In this document: piece after piece, positions 13,133 to 26,516 of the stretch
How the letters are laid out: the number at the start of each line of letters is the position of its first letter
How positions within the stretch are numbered: the first letter of the stretch is position 1
Assembly: GCF_001194135.2 (NCBI RefSeq)
Contig: NC_068983.1
Span: forward strand, 80,086,434-80,150,433
Length of the DNA: 64,000 bases
Source of the DNA: Octopus bimaculoides
Taxonomy: Eukaryota
Direction of reading: 5' to 3'
Notes under the pieces: model-generated
Told to the model about the DNA's origin: nothing
What the model saw: the letters and a program-made list of their open reading frames with translations, nothing else
The model's database searches: none
Program-made: the position numbers and the translations under genes

Positions 13133-14672
13133 TCCACATGGTTGAAATAAATATTTAGTGATGTGTAATTAAGCAAAAGTAGATGAAACAAAATTCTTAC
13201 AAAATGTATCAATCTGTGTGGACATAACAGATTCATATGCTGGTTATGATATATATATATATCATTATTATTCATTGAAGCTAAAACACTTGATAATATT
13301 TTAAGTATTTATTTTAATTCATTGAAACTGTCAAGAATTCTACTGGAGTTCTTCAAGACTTAAAAACAGTTCATTGAGACACTACTAGCAATACATTTTT
13401 TATTCTTTTAGTTGTCATTCTACTATTAATCAGTTTCCCTCTGGCAGATTTCATTTTTTTTAAATTCTCATTCATTCCAGTTGCGAGAATTTTGTAAAAT
13501 TCTCTTCAATAAGATTTTCATTATCCTCAATCAAGGCTTGAATTGTATCAACTACTTTTTAAACTTAAGGAAAATTAAATAGCAAATTCACATTCTATTA
13601 TTAATAATTTAATGTTTATCATTTTGTCTCTTAACAGCTATATTTCTTCTTAAAATATAATGTCTTGTTTTTAAACCTAAGCCTTTACTGGTTTCATTGA
13701 CTAAAACATCACTTTCTTTATTAGATATGTGCTACATTAAATGCACTTTCAGTTACCCACTAGATAAAAAGAAATAGTTATAAATCCATGTTTCTTGCTG
13801 CCTTAGTTTTCTATACATAGCTAAATGAAATAAAACAGTACATATTGTTTGGAAATTATGTTTTTGAAGCAAATATATCTTCCTTGTATTCTGCATTTTA
13901 ACATCCTTCTTTTTTACCTACTAGAAAGGATTGAATGACTCTACTATATTTCATTGATTGTCTCTGATTTTATGACTTCCTCAATTGTCCATTATTTATT
14001 TATTTTGCATCATTGGTTATAAGTTTTCAATTGAACAATCACTGATTCTTTGCATTTCTGGCAGTGAGAATTGCAGGAGAGAGACTAACTTAAAGCAGAA
14101 CAAACATCTCCAGGGCCTATGACTGAAGAGAATTGGTTTTTTTTTTTCTTTTCAGTTTTGTTACTGGTGTTTATATAGGATATAAACATCAGTGACAGTA
14201 TTTGAAAGAGAGAGAGAGAGAGAGAGAGAGACACACACACACACTTATCAATTTTTGATTTTTGTTTTACTTAAGTTAAAATTTGAATTTGAAAGAAAAG
14301 ATGGGACAGTCTCAGTTAACACACTTTCATTCATAAAAATAGTAGGGTTGTGGAAATTTCTGAGTTTATAAATATAGAATAGTCACAGTTGGAACACATT
14401 CATTCCTACTAATGTTTGATATTGATAATTAGATTTTTATTTATTGCCGCCTAACTATTGAAATTTGCATATTTTTAATGTGTGTTTGTTTATTTATTTA
14501 TATATTTTAAGAGCAAAAGTTCTCTTAGAATTATTTCTTGAAATGTAGTAACTGTGGTATTGCGTCCTGTTACAAACCCAAACTCCATTCTATCCGATCT
14601 GACTCTATTCTGTACTAACTTTTTTGAGGTCTATGTGATTGTGCTTCTCTAATCTCTTATGCCATTGTATTT

Positions 14673-14700
14673 GATGATGATGATGGTGGTGGTGGTAGTG

Positions 14701-14732
<32 letters not shown>

Positions 14733-14752
14733 GATGATAATGATGATAATGC
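14673..14752. repeat. (GAT)n/(GGT)n imperfect microsatellite
   Basis: Read directly from the sequence. Confidence 0.9.
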
Positions 14753-15862
14753 TGCTACATCATTCATTGAGCTTAACACCTTGTACTACATGATTACTTA
14801 AACAGCCTATTAGTATAACACCAGCTCATTTTGATGCTTTCAACATCCCAATAATTATCCCTGCAGGTCATGCAGCTTTCTCTGTTTCCAAATCCTTAAT
14901 TGATTTACTAACCATTTTCACAATGATCTCTAATGTTAGCATTTTCCATTCAGCCTGTTGGGGATAGACTTGCTTTGTTATATTCATTATTCAACAACTC
15001 ATAATCACACGTTCATACTTATTTCCTTACATTGTCATTGAGTACGATTGTAATTCATGCCATTTTAAACAGTTCTCTCCAATTCCCCAGTGACATCCTA
15101 ATTCAGCTGGACATATTGGCTTGCAATTTAAAACATTTCATGCTTCAGCACAGAACATTGGCAAGCTACTACTCTCTGTTTCAGTCTTGGCTAAGTAAGC
15201 CTGTCATCTAATTTCTAAGCAAGCCTTCAAATATCCATTACCTGCTCAGTGTTTGTTACCACAACTTCCATACTCAAGCCAACGAAAGAGCTTCCATGTT
15301 GTCACTTGACCTACTAATAACAGTAACTGAATCTCCTTCAAATTACACTCTACTGTCATAAAATATTATATTAGGTAATATATTTTTAAAATCCCTTAAA
15401 AAAAACAGGATGGTCATAACTAGAACACCTTTTATCATAAGGTCTGTTTGATCAGGGTTGACCTAGGGCTTCATAATATCTTGAATACTCATCACATATC
15501 TCTTCAAGCTTTGTCTACTTTAATATTCCACCACCACACTGCCTAACACTTTATTAGAATTATGTTCTAAGTGCAGAAATAGTGTTTGGCATGTAGCAAA
15601 TAGCTTCTTGGGAAAGTTCACGTGTTCGCTATTATAGTTCTCTCTCTAACTAGCTAAGTAGCTGCAAGTATTGTTTAAAAATTCACTTTTACCAAGGTGT
15701 TTTCATTCAGTATCCACACTGTATTTGCTTGTTGTCTTTCCCCTCACACATCTTGATTTTCAACCAGAATTTATCAATCGCTAATCTATGTTGAAAAGGG
15801 GTGTCTCCTCAGCAAGAGACTAAGTGGTTGTTAGTATCTTTTCTTTTTTGTTAGTAAAATAT

Positions 15863-16195
15863 CTCTCATTGCTACTTGAATGATTGGCTGATCACTCTGT
15901 CAGTTACAATGATGCGTATCCCAGTTGATTTGATCAATGGAACAGGCTGTTCATGAAATTAATGTGAAAGTGGCTGAACACTCCACAAACACATGTACCC
16001 TTATTATAGTTCTCAGGGAAATTCTCTGTGACACACCAAATGTGACAAGGCTGACTCATTGAACTACACGTACAACTCTGTTTTTACCAGCTGAATAGAC
16101 ATAAAGTAAAGTGTCTCGCTCAAAGACACAACATGCTGTTGGGAATTGTACTCATGACCTTATGACTGCAAATCAAATACGCTGCCCACTAAGCA
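15863..16195 (-). mobile_element. tRNA-derived SINE, family D, decayed
   Basis: The reverse complement gives a GCTTAGTGG...GAGTACAATTCC head and a TGTGTCTTTGAGCGAGACACTTT CORE-like block, homologous to copies at 20676, 49008 and 58960. Confidence 0.7.
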
Positions 16196-16209
16196 GTTGA
16201 ATGAGTGAC

Positions 16210-16652
16210 TGCTTTTCTAAACTACAAGGTGTCTATGATCATGTCTCTTGGCACTTCAGTGTAGCCACTCAAATGTTCTCCAATATAGCCATTAAAATAC
16301 TCTGTTACCATTACAATATTTCTGATTCCTATATCTGAGATATTTTCCCATAAAATCCTCATTACACTGATCATTAAATCACATTACTAAATCCTACTAT
16401 GGAACATAAGTAGAGATTAGAGATTGCAGTGGTTGCTATGATGCCTATCACAAACCTAAATGCAATGATTCTAACACTAACCTTTAACAGCTCAGTAACG
16501 CTACTTATCCTCTGTTCTGCTAAGAGTATGTTTACTTCATTGCCATTATCAGAAGTTCTACTTTTTGAAACTTGATCAGTATCCTTGGTTATCAAGAATG
16601 AAACCACTACATCATGACACAAACCAGATTCATTAATTTCAGTTGTTAGCAC
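16210..16652 (-). mobile_element. Decayed RTE-type LINE apurinic endonuclease fragment
   Basis: The minus-strand ORF contains GNEVNILLAEQRISSVTELLKVSVRIIAFRFVIG, similar to the RTE G.GILLAEKWV..V..VSDRI..RLV. Further downstream is YFNGYIGEH, similar to the GDFNGHVG motif. Confidence 0.6.
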
Positions 16653-19600
16653 AAAGGCTTTACATTTTGAAAAAAAGAGGGAATGGAATTGTGATGTTCA
16701 TGCCTATCCAAAGGGAATTAGTTTTGTAATGAAATAAAATGCTTAGTTTGGAATCACAACTAGGTTGTTGCCATCACTAAGAGGGAATATCTTGAGAATA
16801 TGATGCACTGTGTAGATGGAGAAAGAAATTATGAAGTTAATAGGTTGTTCAATATATCCTATTTTTGTAATAATTCACCTCAGAAAAATGGAAATTTTTA
16901 TATCGCTGGAATCAACACTATGTGCATGACTAATGGTTTTAAACAATGGATCATGTCATTTTATAATGCTTCATATTTAACTTTAATCATGATGAGTTTT
17001 ATTTTTTGTGTGCATCAAATTAACTCTCATACTTTAATTATGAGATTCCATTGCATATTTTGTAAGCATTAATTTTATCATCCTGTTTTACAAATAACTT
17101 CTAGGTATTTTTTTTTTCTCTTTTATAATAGCACATGTAAATGGGAAGAGGGAAACAGGTGTCTTATAGACTATAACATAGAAGGCTACATTAAGTTTGA
17201 TGATATTCCTGACTTAATATTCTTTCTGACTTCAAATACATGTAGCTCCAATTTAGTTCCATAATCTTTCTTACAACCAAACATTACTTGTGCCAAAGTT
17301 GAACTATTACCATTGTAAACTGTTCACACGAATTAGTATGCTTACTCACCTGTATTCCTAACACTCCAACTGTCTAACTATTCTTCAGCTCTTCTCAACT
17401 TCAGTATTAATTTTTACCATGCTAGCGGTCTCTAAACTAAATCATACGTTGACTGCCCAATCAAGACAACCTCTCACATTCTTCTTACTGTCCTTTTGCT
17501 CTCCAAACTATCTTGTATTTTAAATCAGCTAACTGTTCAAAGCTTCATCAGTTGCATGCTAAATACCCTTGGCAATAAATGTGTTCTATTGCTGATCTAT
17601 CCTTGACAGCTATGCAGTTGACCAAAACCACCCCAAGAGAGCATCTTTTTGATTATTCAATCTGCTAGAAATAGCAGCCAAGTCTACTGTAAATCACTAC
17701 TCCTGCCACCAGCACCACATACACTATTTTCAATAAGGAAAGGGTACATTACATAATGTTATGCTACATACCACTAAAAAAAGATGGAATGGTTTTTTGC
17801 CATAAATCTGCTTGATAATAATTGACCTGGGGCTATGCAGAATGACAATAAAAACTATCCTCTTGGCTGTCTTCCCAGTCCCTTGTACAGCCTTAAAACT
17901 CCAAGGGGGTCCACATGGAGATGTAAATGTATTGAATGTTGCCTACAACATCCATGAGAGGAACTCATTCACCATCACTGTTTCATTTTATTTTTGATCA
18001 ATTGAAATTTTTGGCAGTTTTCTTCCTTGCTTCTTTTTAGTATAATTTTCTTCTCGTTATGGTCCTAATTTTATCCCTCTTGACTTCATTGTTCCTTAAC
18101 CAACAAAACACAGGCATTATCCACTTACAATGCAGAAACTTTTCACCCAATATCTGCTGATGCAATGAACAGAGACTTAGAGACCTCGAAAATATAGCCT
18201 TATGTGAACATAACTTATTCTTTTTTTGTGTGATACATGTAGTAACTGTGTCTTCATGCTGTTGAAAGATTTTTGTGTTATATCCTCCCAATCCATGACC
18301 ATCTCTCTGTCAAGCATTCCAATTTGCTAGAATGCTGGTCCTCACAACCTCTGCCAATTTCTCATGCTAACCTCACATCTATAGCATTACCAACACTACT
18401 TCCCAAAAGCCAGACTACCTCTTTAAGGTCACTTGCACTGCTACACTCACAGACATCCTCTGGTTACAACAAAATACAACAGCATTTCAATGGTTACCAA
18501 GGATTCATTTGCCTATAACCATTGGTTTACAGATATTGGTTCTTCTCCTCGTCTTCTGTACTATTACTACAAGGTTTGTAATTCATAACTAGCAAATGTT
18601 ATACTACCTCACCAGTGACCTGTAAAATGTACTTTATTCTTCCTCTCACCCTCCAGATCCTGCATTTAATACTTTTCTCTATGATTCTCTCTAGAACTCT
18701 AATTTCTGCCTATACCCACATTTTTTCTACAATTATTACATGCTAACATTATTTGCATCATCTCACGATCTTAGATGATCCACAAAGGTCATTGTGGAAG
18801 TCCCTTTTGTACTAATTAAACATAAAGAAAAAAATCACGAATATGTATAAGTTAAATAGTAAAAGTGAAAATATAAAGAGTGAAGAGGTAATAAAACATT
18901 TATGTGGTTACTCACTCACTTAGAAATGGGTAACAAATTTTCTTCAATGACATCTCACTGCACATTAATCCTAGATATACAAAACAGATGAAATGGCTAA
19001 AGCTGAAACGTCTTTGATCATGAGTTTGCTCAATTAGGACTAGCATGGGGCTAAACAACAATGTAAACAGATTGTGAATTTCATATTGAAAAGTTATTAT
19101 TAATACCTTGGAGGTAGCAAAACAGAGATAGGTTGAAGCTCCAATAAGTATTGAAATAAAGCTAGATCACTCAAGAACAAATGTAGAAAGTGAGAAGAAA
19201 CATGCTATTCAGTAAGGTTGGAGATTACAGTTTGCCAATAACAACACATTTCATTTTCTTTTTTTGTTTTTATAAACAATCATGAAAAATCACTGAAGTA
19301 AATTTTGGTATTGCTTCATATTTCAGTTCATTTAGTATTTTAATTCCTTGAATAGAATGAAAATCTTACATTTCAGCAATAGAGTGGAGATGTTCTCTGT
19401 TGCTATTTTAATTATTTAAGTATGGACATAGACACCAGAAACAGAAATATTTATCTTTGACATAAGTTAGTAAAATATATTTGGGAACATCGAAGTATAT
19501 TGACTTACATTTATATGTTTTATTGAATATTCTATATAATGCAATTGAATTCTCTAAAGCATTACATATTTATTTTATAAACATGTTATATATTTATTTT

Positions 19601-20675
19601 ATTAAAGTAAATCCATATAGTATCTGAAATTAATCAGAAAAGGACATGTAATCAATTATAAAACAGCTAGCTACAGTTGATAAATATTAAAGTCAAAGCA
19701 TTTCCAAATATAAAGGCCAAATGGCTCCATTCTTATGTATGTGATTTAATTTGATACATAGAAAAAGTTTTCAAATAAAATTTTAAAACACCAAAATCAT
19801 TTTGAGAGAGATAAAAATCTACACTCCAAATTACTTTGAGAAACCTAAAAACATTTTTAGTATTTGATGTATTTTATTGATTTAGATATTTTATCTCTTT
19901 ATATTTGCAATCTGTAAATCCATAAAAATTTTGAGTGTGAAAAATATATGTAGAAATCTAATTGCCATAATAAAAGAAATTTGCCAAGTTAACACATGCA
20001 TTAAACACACTTTCTCCCTCTTACTCTCTCTCTCTCACACATACATACTCTATCACTCCTCTACCAAAGCATCATTAACCAACAAAGGTTTCTATATGCA
20101 ATGATTGAACATGCTAGAGGTATCAGGCAAAGCTCTCTCAAATTACTGAACACATTTGATACTGTAGTCTTAGATACATTGTCTGAATAAAAGATAGGAT
20201 AATCATGGAATATCTTTTGATCAAAGGTCTGCTTCACCAGGTATAACTTTGAAACTAAACAGAAATACAGTGGAAAACCTACTACATAGTAGCCTCTATT
20301 GCTAGAAATAACAGCCAGATCTCATTCAAATCACAGACTTTTTTGTAGGTCTATTTAGTCAGAGCTGACCTGTGGCTAAACAACAACAATAACAGCCCTA
20401 ATATTATTTACTAAAAGACTCACAAGTTCCTGTCATCACTCACAAAACTCCCATTGCCATTACCACCGTTCATTCATTATTCACATGTTCTTCTGTGAAA
20501 TCTACTGGTGTTTCAATTAGAATAATTATAATATTGTATGAAAAGCAGAGAGGATACAGCCAGACATCAACTGATACCTATTTAAATCCCATTGATTTTC
20601 TAATTTATTGCTAATTATCTAACAGCTGGAAATCATTTCAGTAGTAAATGTATACAATCCAGATTTGATATATAA

Positions 20676-20800
20676 ATGGCTTAGTGGTTAGGGTGTTGAC
20701 TTTATGATCATTAGATTGTGGGTTCAGTTCCTGAACTGGGTGACATGTATTCTTGTGCAAGGTACTTCATTTTACTTTACTCCACTCTACTCAGTACAGC
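20676..20800 (+). mobile_element. SINE family D head fragment
   Basis: ATGGCTTAGTGGTTAGGGTGTTG (A box) ... GGGTTCAGTTCCTG (B box), then a decayed CORE-like block. Confidence 0.7.
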
Positions 20801-20973
20801 CAGCAGTCCTCTACATCAACAATGTTCTGCAGGATCAAGAGTTTGAAGGTTGAGAGAGTATCTATTTCTGTCTGCAACTACATAGGCACATAAAACAATT
20901 AGCAAAAGCATGGTAATGTTACCCACTCATATTCACCTGGGATATATATATCATCTAATGTAGTATAAAGATA

Positions 20974-21444
20974 CGAGGTACTAATACTAATGTCTAGGTA
21001 GGTTTTTATAACATGCCTTGTGTATCCCAACAATCTTCAGGCTCTGAGGACATGGTTGTCTATTTGAAAATCAGGGTGCAGGTTCATGAGAAATCTCTAG
21101 AAAAAGGTTAATGCCAAAAGTGGAAGGGTGAATAAAAAAGAAAAGAAAGAAAATGAAAGTTAAGTCCCCTTTGACTGTAAAAGCCATAATAAACCTAGTT
21201 GTAGAATGATTCAATAGAGCGGAGTCCAAAGTCTGTGAGATTTTCTTTTTCCATTTCTATTCACACATCCACTTTTTGCATCAACCTTCTTGTTTTTTCT
21301 AGTGATTTCTCATGTACCAGCATCTTGATTTTCAAATAGAACAGATCATGTGTTTAAAGCCAACAGATTACTTGGTGACACAAAGCGTATTACAAAAACC
21401 TGCCAAGATACATGTTTCCACAGCAAGGAACTATTAATAGCTTG
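20974..21444. mobile_element. Foldback-like Tc1/mariner-type MITE with very long TIRs, TA TSD
   Basis: Core arms 21060-21105 and 21294-21339 match at 41/46. Weaker homology extends out to TA|CGAGGTACTAATA (20972) and TATTAATAGCTTG|TA (21446), and inward to a spacer of ~80 bp. Confidence 0.7.
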
Positions 21445-21549
21445 TATCTTTATACTGTGTACATTAAGTGATATTTATCTTTCACTGGATGGTGTACTTT
21501 TTTTGTTGAGCTTATCTTAACAGACTGGTAAACTATATACTCATTTTTT

Positions 21550-21800
21550 TAAAGTCTGGTTCTTATTATATCAGTCTTTCATGCTGAAACACTAACTTAC
21601 AGGGACATAAACAAACCAACACCAGTTGACAAGCAGTAGAGGGTCAGACATACATGCACATACATGGACTTCTTTCAGTCTCGATCTACCAATTCTACTC
21701 ATAAAGCTTTGTTCAGCTTAAGAAAAAGGAGATACTTGCTCAAAGTGCCATGCAGTGGGACTGAATGCAAAATGATGCTGTCGAGTAGCAAACTTCTTAG
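21550..21800 (-). mobile_element. SINE family A, decayed
   Basis: The reverse complement has a CAGTCCCACTGCATGGCACTTTGAGCAAGTATCT head/CORE-like block and the family A body. Confidence 0.7.
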
Positions 21801-23412
21801 TAAAACGGTTTTTCGTTATCATCAAATTAAAAATCCTTAAATATAACAAACCTAATAAGGAAAGAACTGAAAATACATGAAATGTTTCTCAAAATCAAGT
21901 TTTCCAAATTTTGCTGCTGAAACTCTATTATTTTACATGATGCGCAGTGTTGACTTATAAAGTTAGCAATAAACACTAAAAAGATTGTATGTTTGGCTTT
22001 CAGATTTAAAATTGGAATGCCATATTTTCCAGCATGCAAGTCAACATAGCATATAGTGTAAATATACACTATATAGAAATTTTATCACCATCTTTCCAAA
22101 TCCTGTACCATTTCACATGTAGTTTTGGTCCTCAAAATTCAACTTGGTGTATAAGTCGAACTACTTTTTTTTTTTTTTGTAAATATTGAACTTAAAAACT
22201 TTGACTTGTATATGTGAGAATACAGAATAACTACTTCTTTGAACAAAACTCAACATTTTTCTTCTAAATATTTTTTGTATCATGTAAAGTTAATGCTCTG
22301 AAGAAGTAACTATTTGTCACCAGAAATCCCTTCAAAAAAATGTCCAAAAATTATACTTAAAGTTGTACAAAAGTGATAGATCATTTGAATATTTACAAAA
22401 TCTCTCTGCTTATTCACTGACAATTCTTATGGCTTCTAGTTTCTCTGTTAATGTTCTACACAGGTCCATGAAAACATTGATAGTGGAAGAAAATTAATTA
22501 CATTTTTGAGCCAATTCTTTGACAGTCATTGAATAATCTTCTCCAAGTGCAGGTCACTGTGTAGCTAATAATATCAACTTTTACGTGTTGTCTAGAATAT
22601 GCTGTATCTGAAAACTAATGACACCGTTCTCAATTTTTCAGAGCTAGCTTTAACATTTTCTCACATGCATAATATCTATATATTTTTCCCATGATCTTGT
22701 GGAATGTTTTGTTGGGTCTGTAGGCACTATTTTCCAAAAATTCTATTGGATTATTTGTCAGAAGTTTTCTTCTATTGATACAAAAACTAAAGGATATCTT
22801 GAGTGGTATAAATATATATATATATTAAACATATAGTGAGGCATAATATATCTTCCTAAATATAACCGTTTTAAACCTAGCAAGGTTTATAAATGTATTA
22901 TTGGGATCAAATGCAGAACCACATCAGTGTAAAGTGAACTTCTTAACCACACAGCTATACTTACCTGAACTAGTTGGGAGGAATACAAATAAATGTCTTA
23001 ATTCTATGTCCTCATTAATGAGTTAACAAAAATGCTGTACAAAAACAATGTAGATAATTGACGAGAATAATCACTCTCGCATGTGATGATTGTATCTAGT
23101 CATGTGTATGTAGTGGGTTTGTTTCATTACCAGACAATTGTTCTCATCATGTTTTTAGACAAATAAAAAATAATGTGTGTATAGACACACACAAACATAT
23201 TAACTTATAATTGCTTACAGATGCAACCTGCTTCTGTCTTCTTGTTTGTTTGTTTTTTTTTCTTCCTTTTGCAAAATAAAACAATTATGAGATGAAACCA
23301 GGACACTGCTTGGTAATTGTAGCTTTCAGCTAATATGAATAAATATACAATACTTTACTTCAAAATAAATTGGTATTCAGTCTTTAATTCAAATTTGTAG
23401 TGTTATTCTATA

Positions 23413-23415
<3 letters not shown>

Positions 23416-23498
<83 letters not shown>
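23416..23498. repeat. Long (TA)n microsatellite
   Basis: About 40 uninterrupted TA units. Confidence 0.97.
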
Positions 23499-23501
<3 letters not shown>

Positions 23502-23869
23502 AATACACAGAACACATGATATATTCATTTGTGTGAGGAGTAATTAGATGAATGCATGATGTATTTTCTAACTGTTTGGGCAACCAATCAATTCTCAATG
23601 ACTAAGTATAGTTTGAAGTGTTTAAGAATATTTTTACTCAGACCAGTAAAGTTTATGTGAAATAAATTGGCTACACATCTACAAAATATGAAATATTTTA
23701 ACAATTTTTCGACAAGTTTAAATAATATTTAATCATAAAAATATTATAGGATTTTTTAAACAATGAATGGTTATGGGAGTTTTCTCAAGTAAAATAAGAT
23801 TCAAAGAGATCCATAGGTAAAAAATGGTTGAGAATCCTTGTTCTAGATGATGAATATAATGGTAATTAT

Positions 23870-24022
23870 ATGTGTGTGTGTGATTATGAAGTTCGCTTTC
23901 CAATGACAGTTTTGAGTTCAGTCTCACGGTGGAACCCTGGGCAAGTGTTTTCAACTAGAGTCCAATACCAACCAAAGTTTTGTAAGTGAATTTGATAGAC
24001 AGAAACCAAAAGAAACTTGCCT

Positions 24023-24056
<34 letters not shown>

Positions 24057-24290
24057 TGTGTGTTAGTTTATGCCTTATGTTGATATCAAATGATAGTGGT
24101 GAATGAGTGTGACTGCCATATTATAAGTTGTCACTCATTTCCTGTCCTCCATGAAAATATGTCTTATCTTGGAGAAATATTACTTTGTATGGAATCAAGT
24201 GAGGGTTGGTGACAGGAAAAGCATCTGGTCATTGAAAATTTGCATTAAACTCTGTGTGAGCCAGCCATGCAAGCATGGAAAAGTGAACAA
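23870..24290 (+). mobile_element. SINE with family A head, internal (TA)n and a GACAGGAAAAGCATC...CCATGCAAGCATGGAAAAG tail
   Basis: The head is homologous to the adjacent 24293 copy. The tail is homologous to the tail of the 2525 element. Confidence 0.65.
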
Positions 24291-24292
24291 TA

Positions 24293-24676
24293 GGTGCAGG
24301 AGTGGCTGTGTGGTAAGAAGCTGGCTTTGCAACCAAATGGTTCTGGGTTCAGTCCCACTGTGTGACACCTTGGGCAAGTGTCTTCTACTATAGCCTCAAG
24401 CCAAACAAAACCTTGTGAGTGCATTTGGTAGACGGAAACTGAAAAGAAACTTGTCATATATTTATGTGTGTGTGTGTGTTTGTCCTCCCTACCATCACTT
24501 GACAACTGAAGTTGGTGTGTTTCTGTCCCTGTAACTTAGTGGCTCAGCAAAGAGACTGATAGAATAAGTACTAGGCTTACAAAGAATAAATCCTGGGGTT
24601 GATTTGTTCGACTAAAAGCAGTGCTCCAGCATGGCCACAGTCAAATGACTGAAACAAGTAAAAAATATAAAAGAAT
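24293..24676 (+). mobile_element. Full-length tRNA-derived SINE, family A (CORE-like)
   Basis: GGTGCAGGAGTGGCTGTGTGGTAAG (A box), GGGTTCAGTCCC (B box), CCTTGGGCAAGT CORE-like motif, internal (TG)n, tail GTGCTCCAGCATGGCCACAGTCAAATGACTGAAACAAGT. Colinear with the 41866 copy. Confidence 0.9.
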
Positions 24677-24859
24677 CAATTGATGATGACAGTTACAAGA
24701 GATTGAGACAAAGAGAAGAGTATTGACCTCAGCATTTTATTTATTCACTGCTCCTACCCCCTCAAAAAAAAAAAAAAAAATTTAAAGGTAAGGTTAACCC
24801 GAGGGAATTTAAATCAGAATCATATAGTTCATGTTCAAAATAAAACAGAAGCAAGGATA

Positions 24860-25330
24860 GACCCTCTATGTCAGTGCTGAAACTGTTGGTGATAGCAGCC
24901 AAATTTCCCTCTTATGCACCATACCATCTTACATAAAAGGAAGTTACAGGATAAGCTGTACCTGAAAAATAAAGACATAGAAGATATAGAATATAATGTT
25001 TATGGTCACAGGTTTGCTTGATAGGGCCAATCAGGGGTCTTTTCAATACAAAACCTTATCTGATCATGTTGTATAATCATTATCAAGCATTAGAAAGAGA
25101 ACTAAAAGGGAATTTACTTCTATTTAAGTGATTAATGGTCAAATTGTTATTTAACCCCAGGTCAACTCTAATCAGGCAAACTTTTGATCAAAGGCACTCC
25201 AATCATTACCAGCATATCTTTTATAGGTTTATTAAACTAATTAGATAAGATTTAAGGGAGATTTGGTTACTATTTCTTGCATGTCTTTGAACCAAGCTGG
25301 AGGTCACTCTTTAGTTCATTCAAATGTATT
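24860..25330. mobile_element. Two tail-to-tail copies of abundant short repeat family E (+ ~24860-25050; - ~25140-25330)
   Basis: Family motif CTAGAAATAGCAGCCAAATCTCCCTCAAAT...CTTTGATCA.AGG...GGGCTAAACAACAAC. Further recognisable copies at ~7020, 15295, 17650, 20090, 20270, 38760(-), 44600, 45995, 46640, 51704(-), 51885, 58866(-), 61215, 62793(-) and 63013(-). Confidence 0.75.
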
Positions 25331-25983
25331 CTGCTCATATGCTACTGAGTTATCACTAATAGTTATGTGTATAAATGTGTATGTAAGTAAATACATTAAT
25401 GCAAATAGAAGTATAAATACAAATATGCTTTTATACACACATACATTATGCATACTTGCACATATCTATATAGAGGGAGAAAGCTTTTCTATTAAATATA
25501 TAATTGCTTTTTGTGATGTACTTTACGTATAGAGTAGTTGTGCTTAACGATAATGTTCGTTCACTTGAGTGTGTGCCTCTGTGTGTGTGTGTGTGTGTAA
25601 TTGAGTATCACATATTGTATATATTATTAACTTAAACAATTAAATAACATCTAAATATATTTTACTTTTGCTTAAATTGATATTATATTGCTTAAATATT
25701 GTTTTCTGGCAGTAAAATATTCAATTTAAAATTACCAACTGCTATTCAAATAACAGCAATTAAATTTAGTCTAAGTGAAAAATTTGCAGAAATATGCTTC
25801 AGTTGGAGGAAATGGATTTTTTTTCAAAAGTAATTATAAAAGGTATTCAAATATTTGGTTGATTTAAGGAGCTAAGCCATTAAACTAAAACTAAATGCTG
25901 AAGCTTAATCCAGGATCCAGCAACCTCATTGGGCTAGTATGGAAATGATATGTCTGGCAACTCCAGAGAAATTAATTCTGTAA

Positions 25984-26199
25984 TCCTTTCGATACCAACC
26001 CGGCTGAAACTGCCTCTGGCTCTGTAGTACAAATGTCTTGTTTTCATAAGTTTTGAATTAAAATCTTCCACCAAACCTTAGTCACAATTTATGTTCCTAA
26101 CACTAGCTTAATGATAACTTATTTTACTAAATTATCTGTTGTATTTAAAATTAATTAAAAGAAACACAGCATCTCAAAATAAATACAGTAACGAATGGG
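25984..26199. mobile_element. piggyBac-type MITE (TTAA target)
   Basis: Left end (G)TAA|TCCTTTCGATAC, right end GTAACGAATGGG|TTAA (26200-26203). Imperfect 12-bp TIR, no ORF. Confidence 0.75.
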
Positions 26200-26419
26200 T
26201 TAATATATTTGTCAGTTTTTTGAGGATATACATAACCTCCATAAGGGAAGATAAAATTATAAAGCAGTTCTATATTTCATAGCCTTTATCCAGAAGTGCA
26301 TCTATCCAACCTTGACAAATCCTTACAATCAGAACTTCTTAAAGCAAGCGTAAAAGCACTGAAAACATATGTCATGCAAATTGATAAAGGGCTTCTAAAT
26401 TTATAACTACTGATATTTG

Positions 26420-26444
26420 TTTATTATTATTATCATCATCATCA

Positions 26445-26478
<34 letters not shown>

Positions 26479-26516
26479 CATTATTATAATTTATCATTGT
26501 TGTTATTATTATTATT
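26420..26516. repeat. (ATT)n/(ATC)n microsatellite
   Basis: Read directly from the sequence. Confidence 0.9.

Noticed and set aside
22102-22206. Possible small MITE with CTGTA...TACAG ends
   Set aside because: The TIR match is too short and degenerate to support a call.
23389-23598. ORFs with YIYI/CVCV/ERER runs (also 39050-39420, 48813-49022, 60651-60833)
   Set aside because: These are translations of dinucleotide microsatellites.
24293-24370. tRNA-like sequences (also 41866, 20676, 59170, 61540) as tRNA genes
   Set aside because: Only A/B boxes are retained, no full cloverleaf forms, and each continues into a SINE body.
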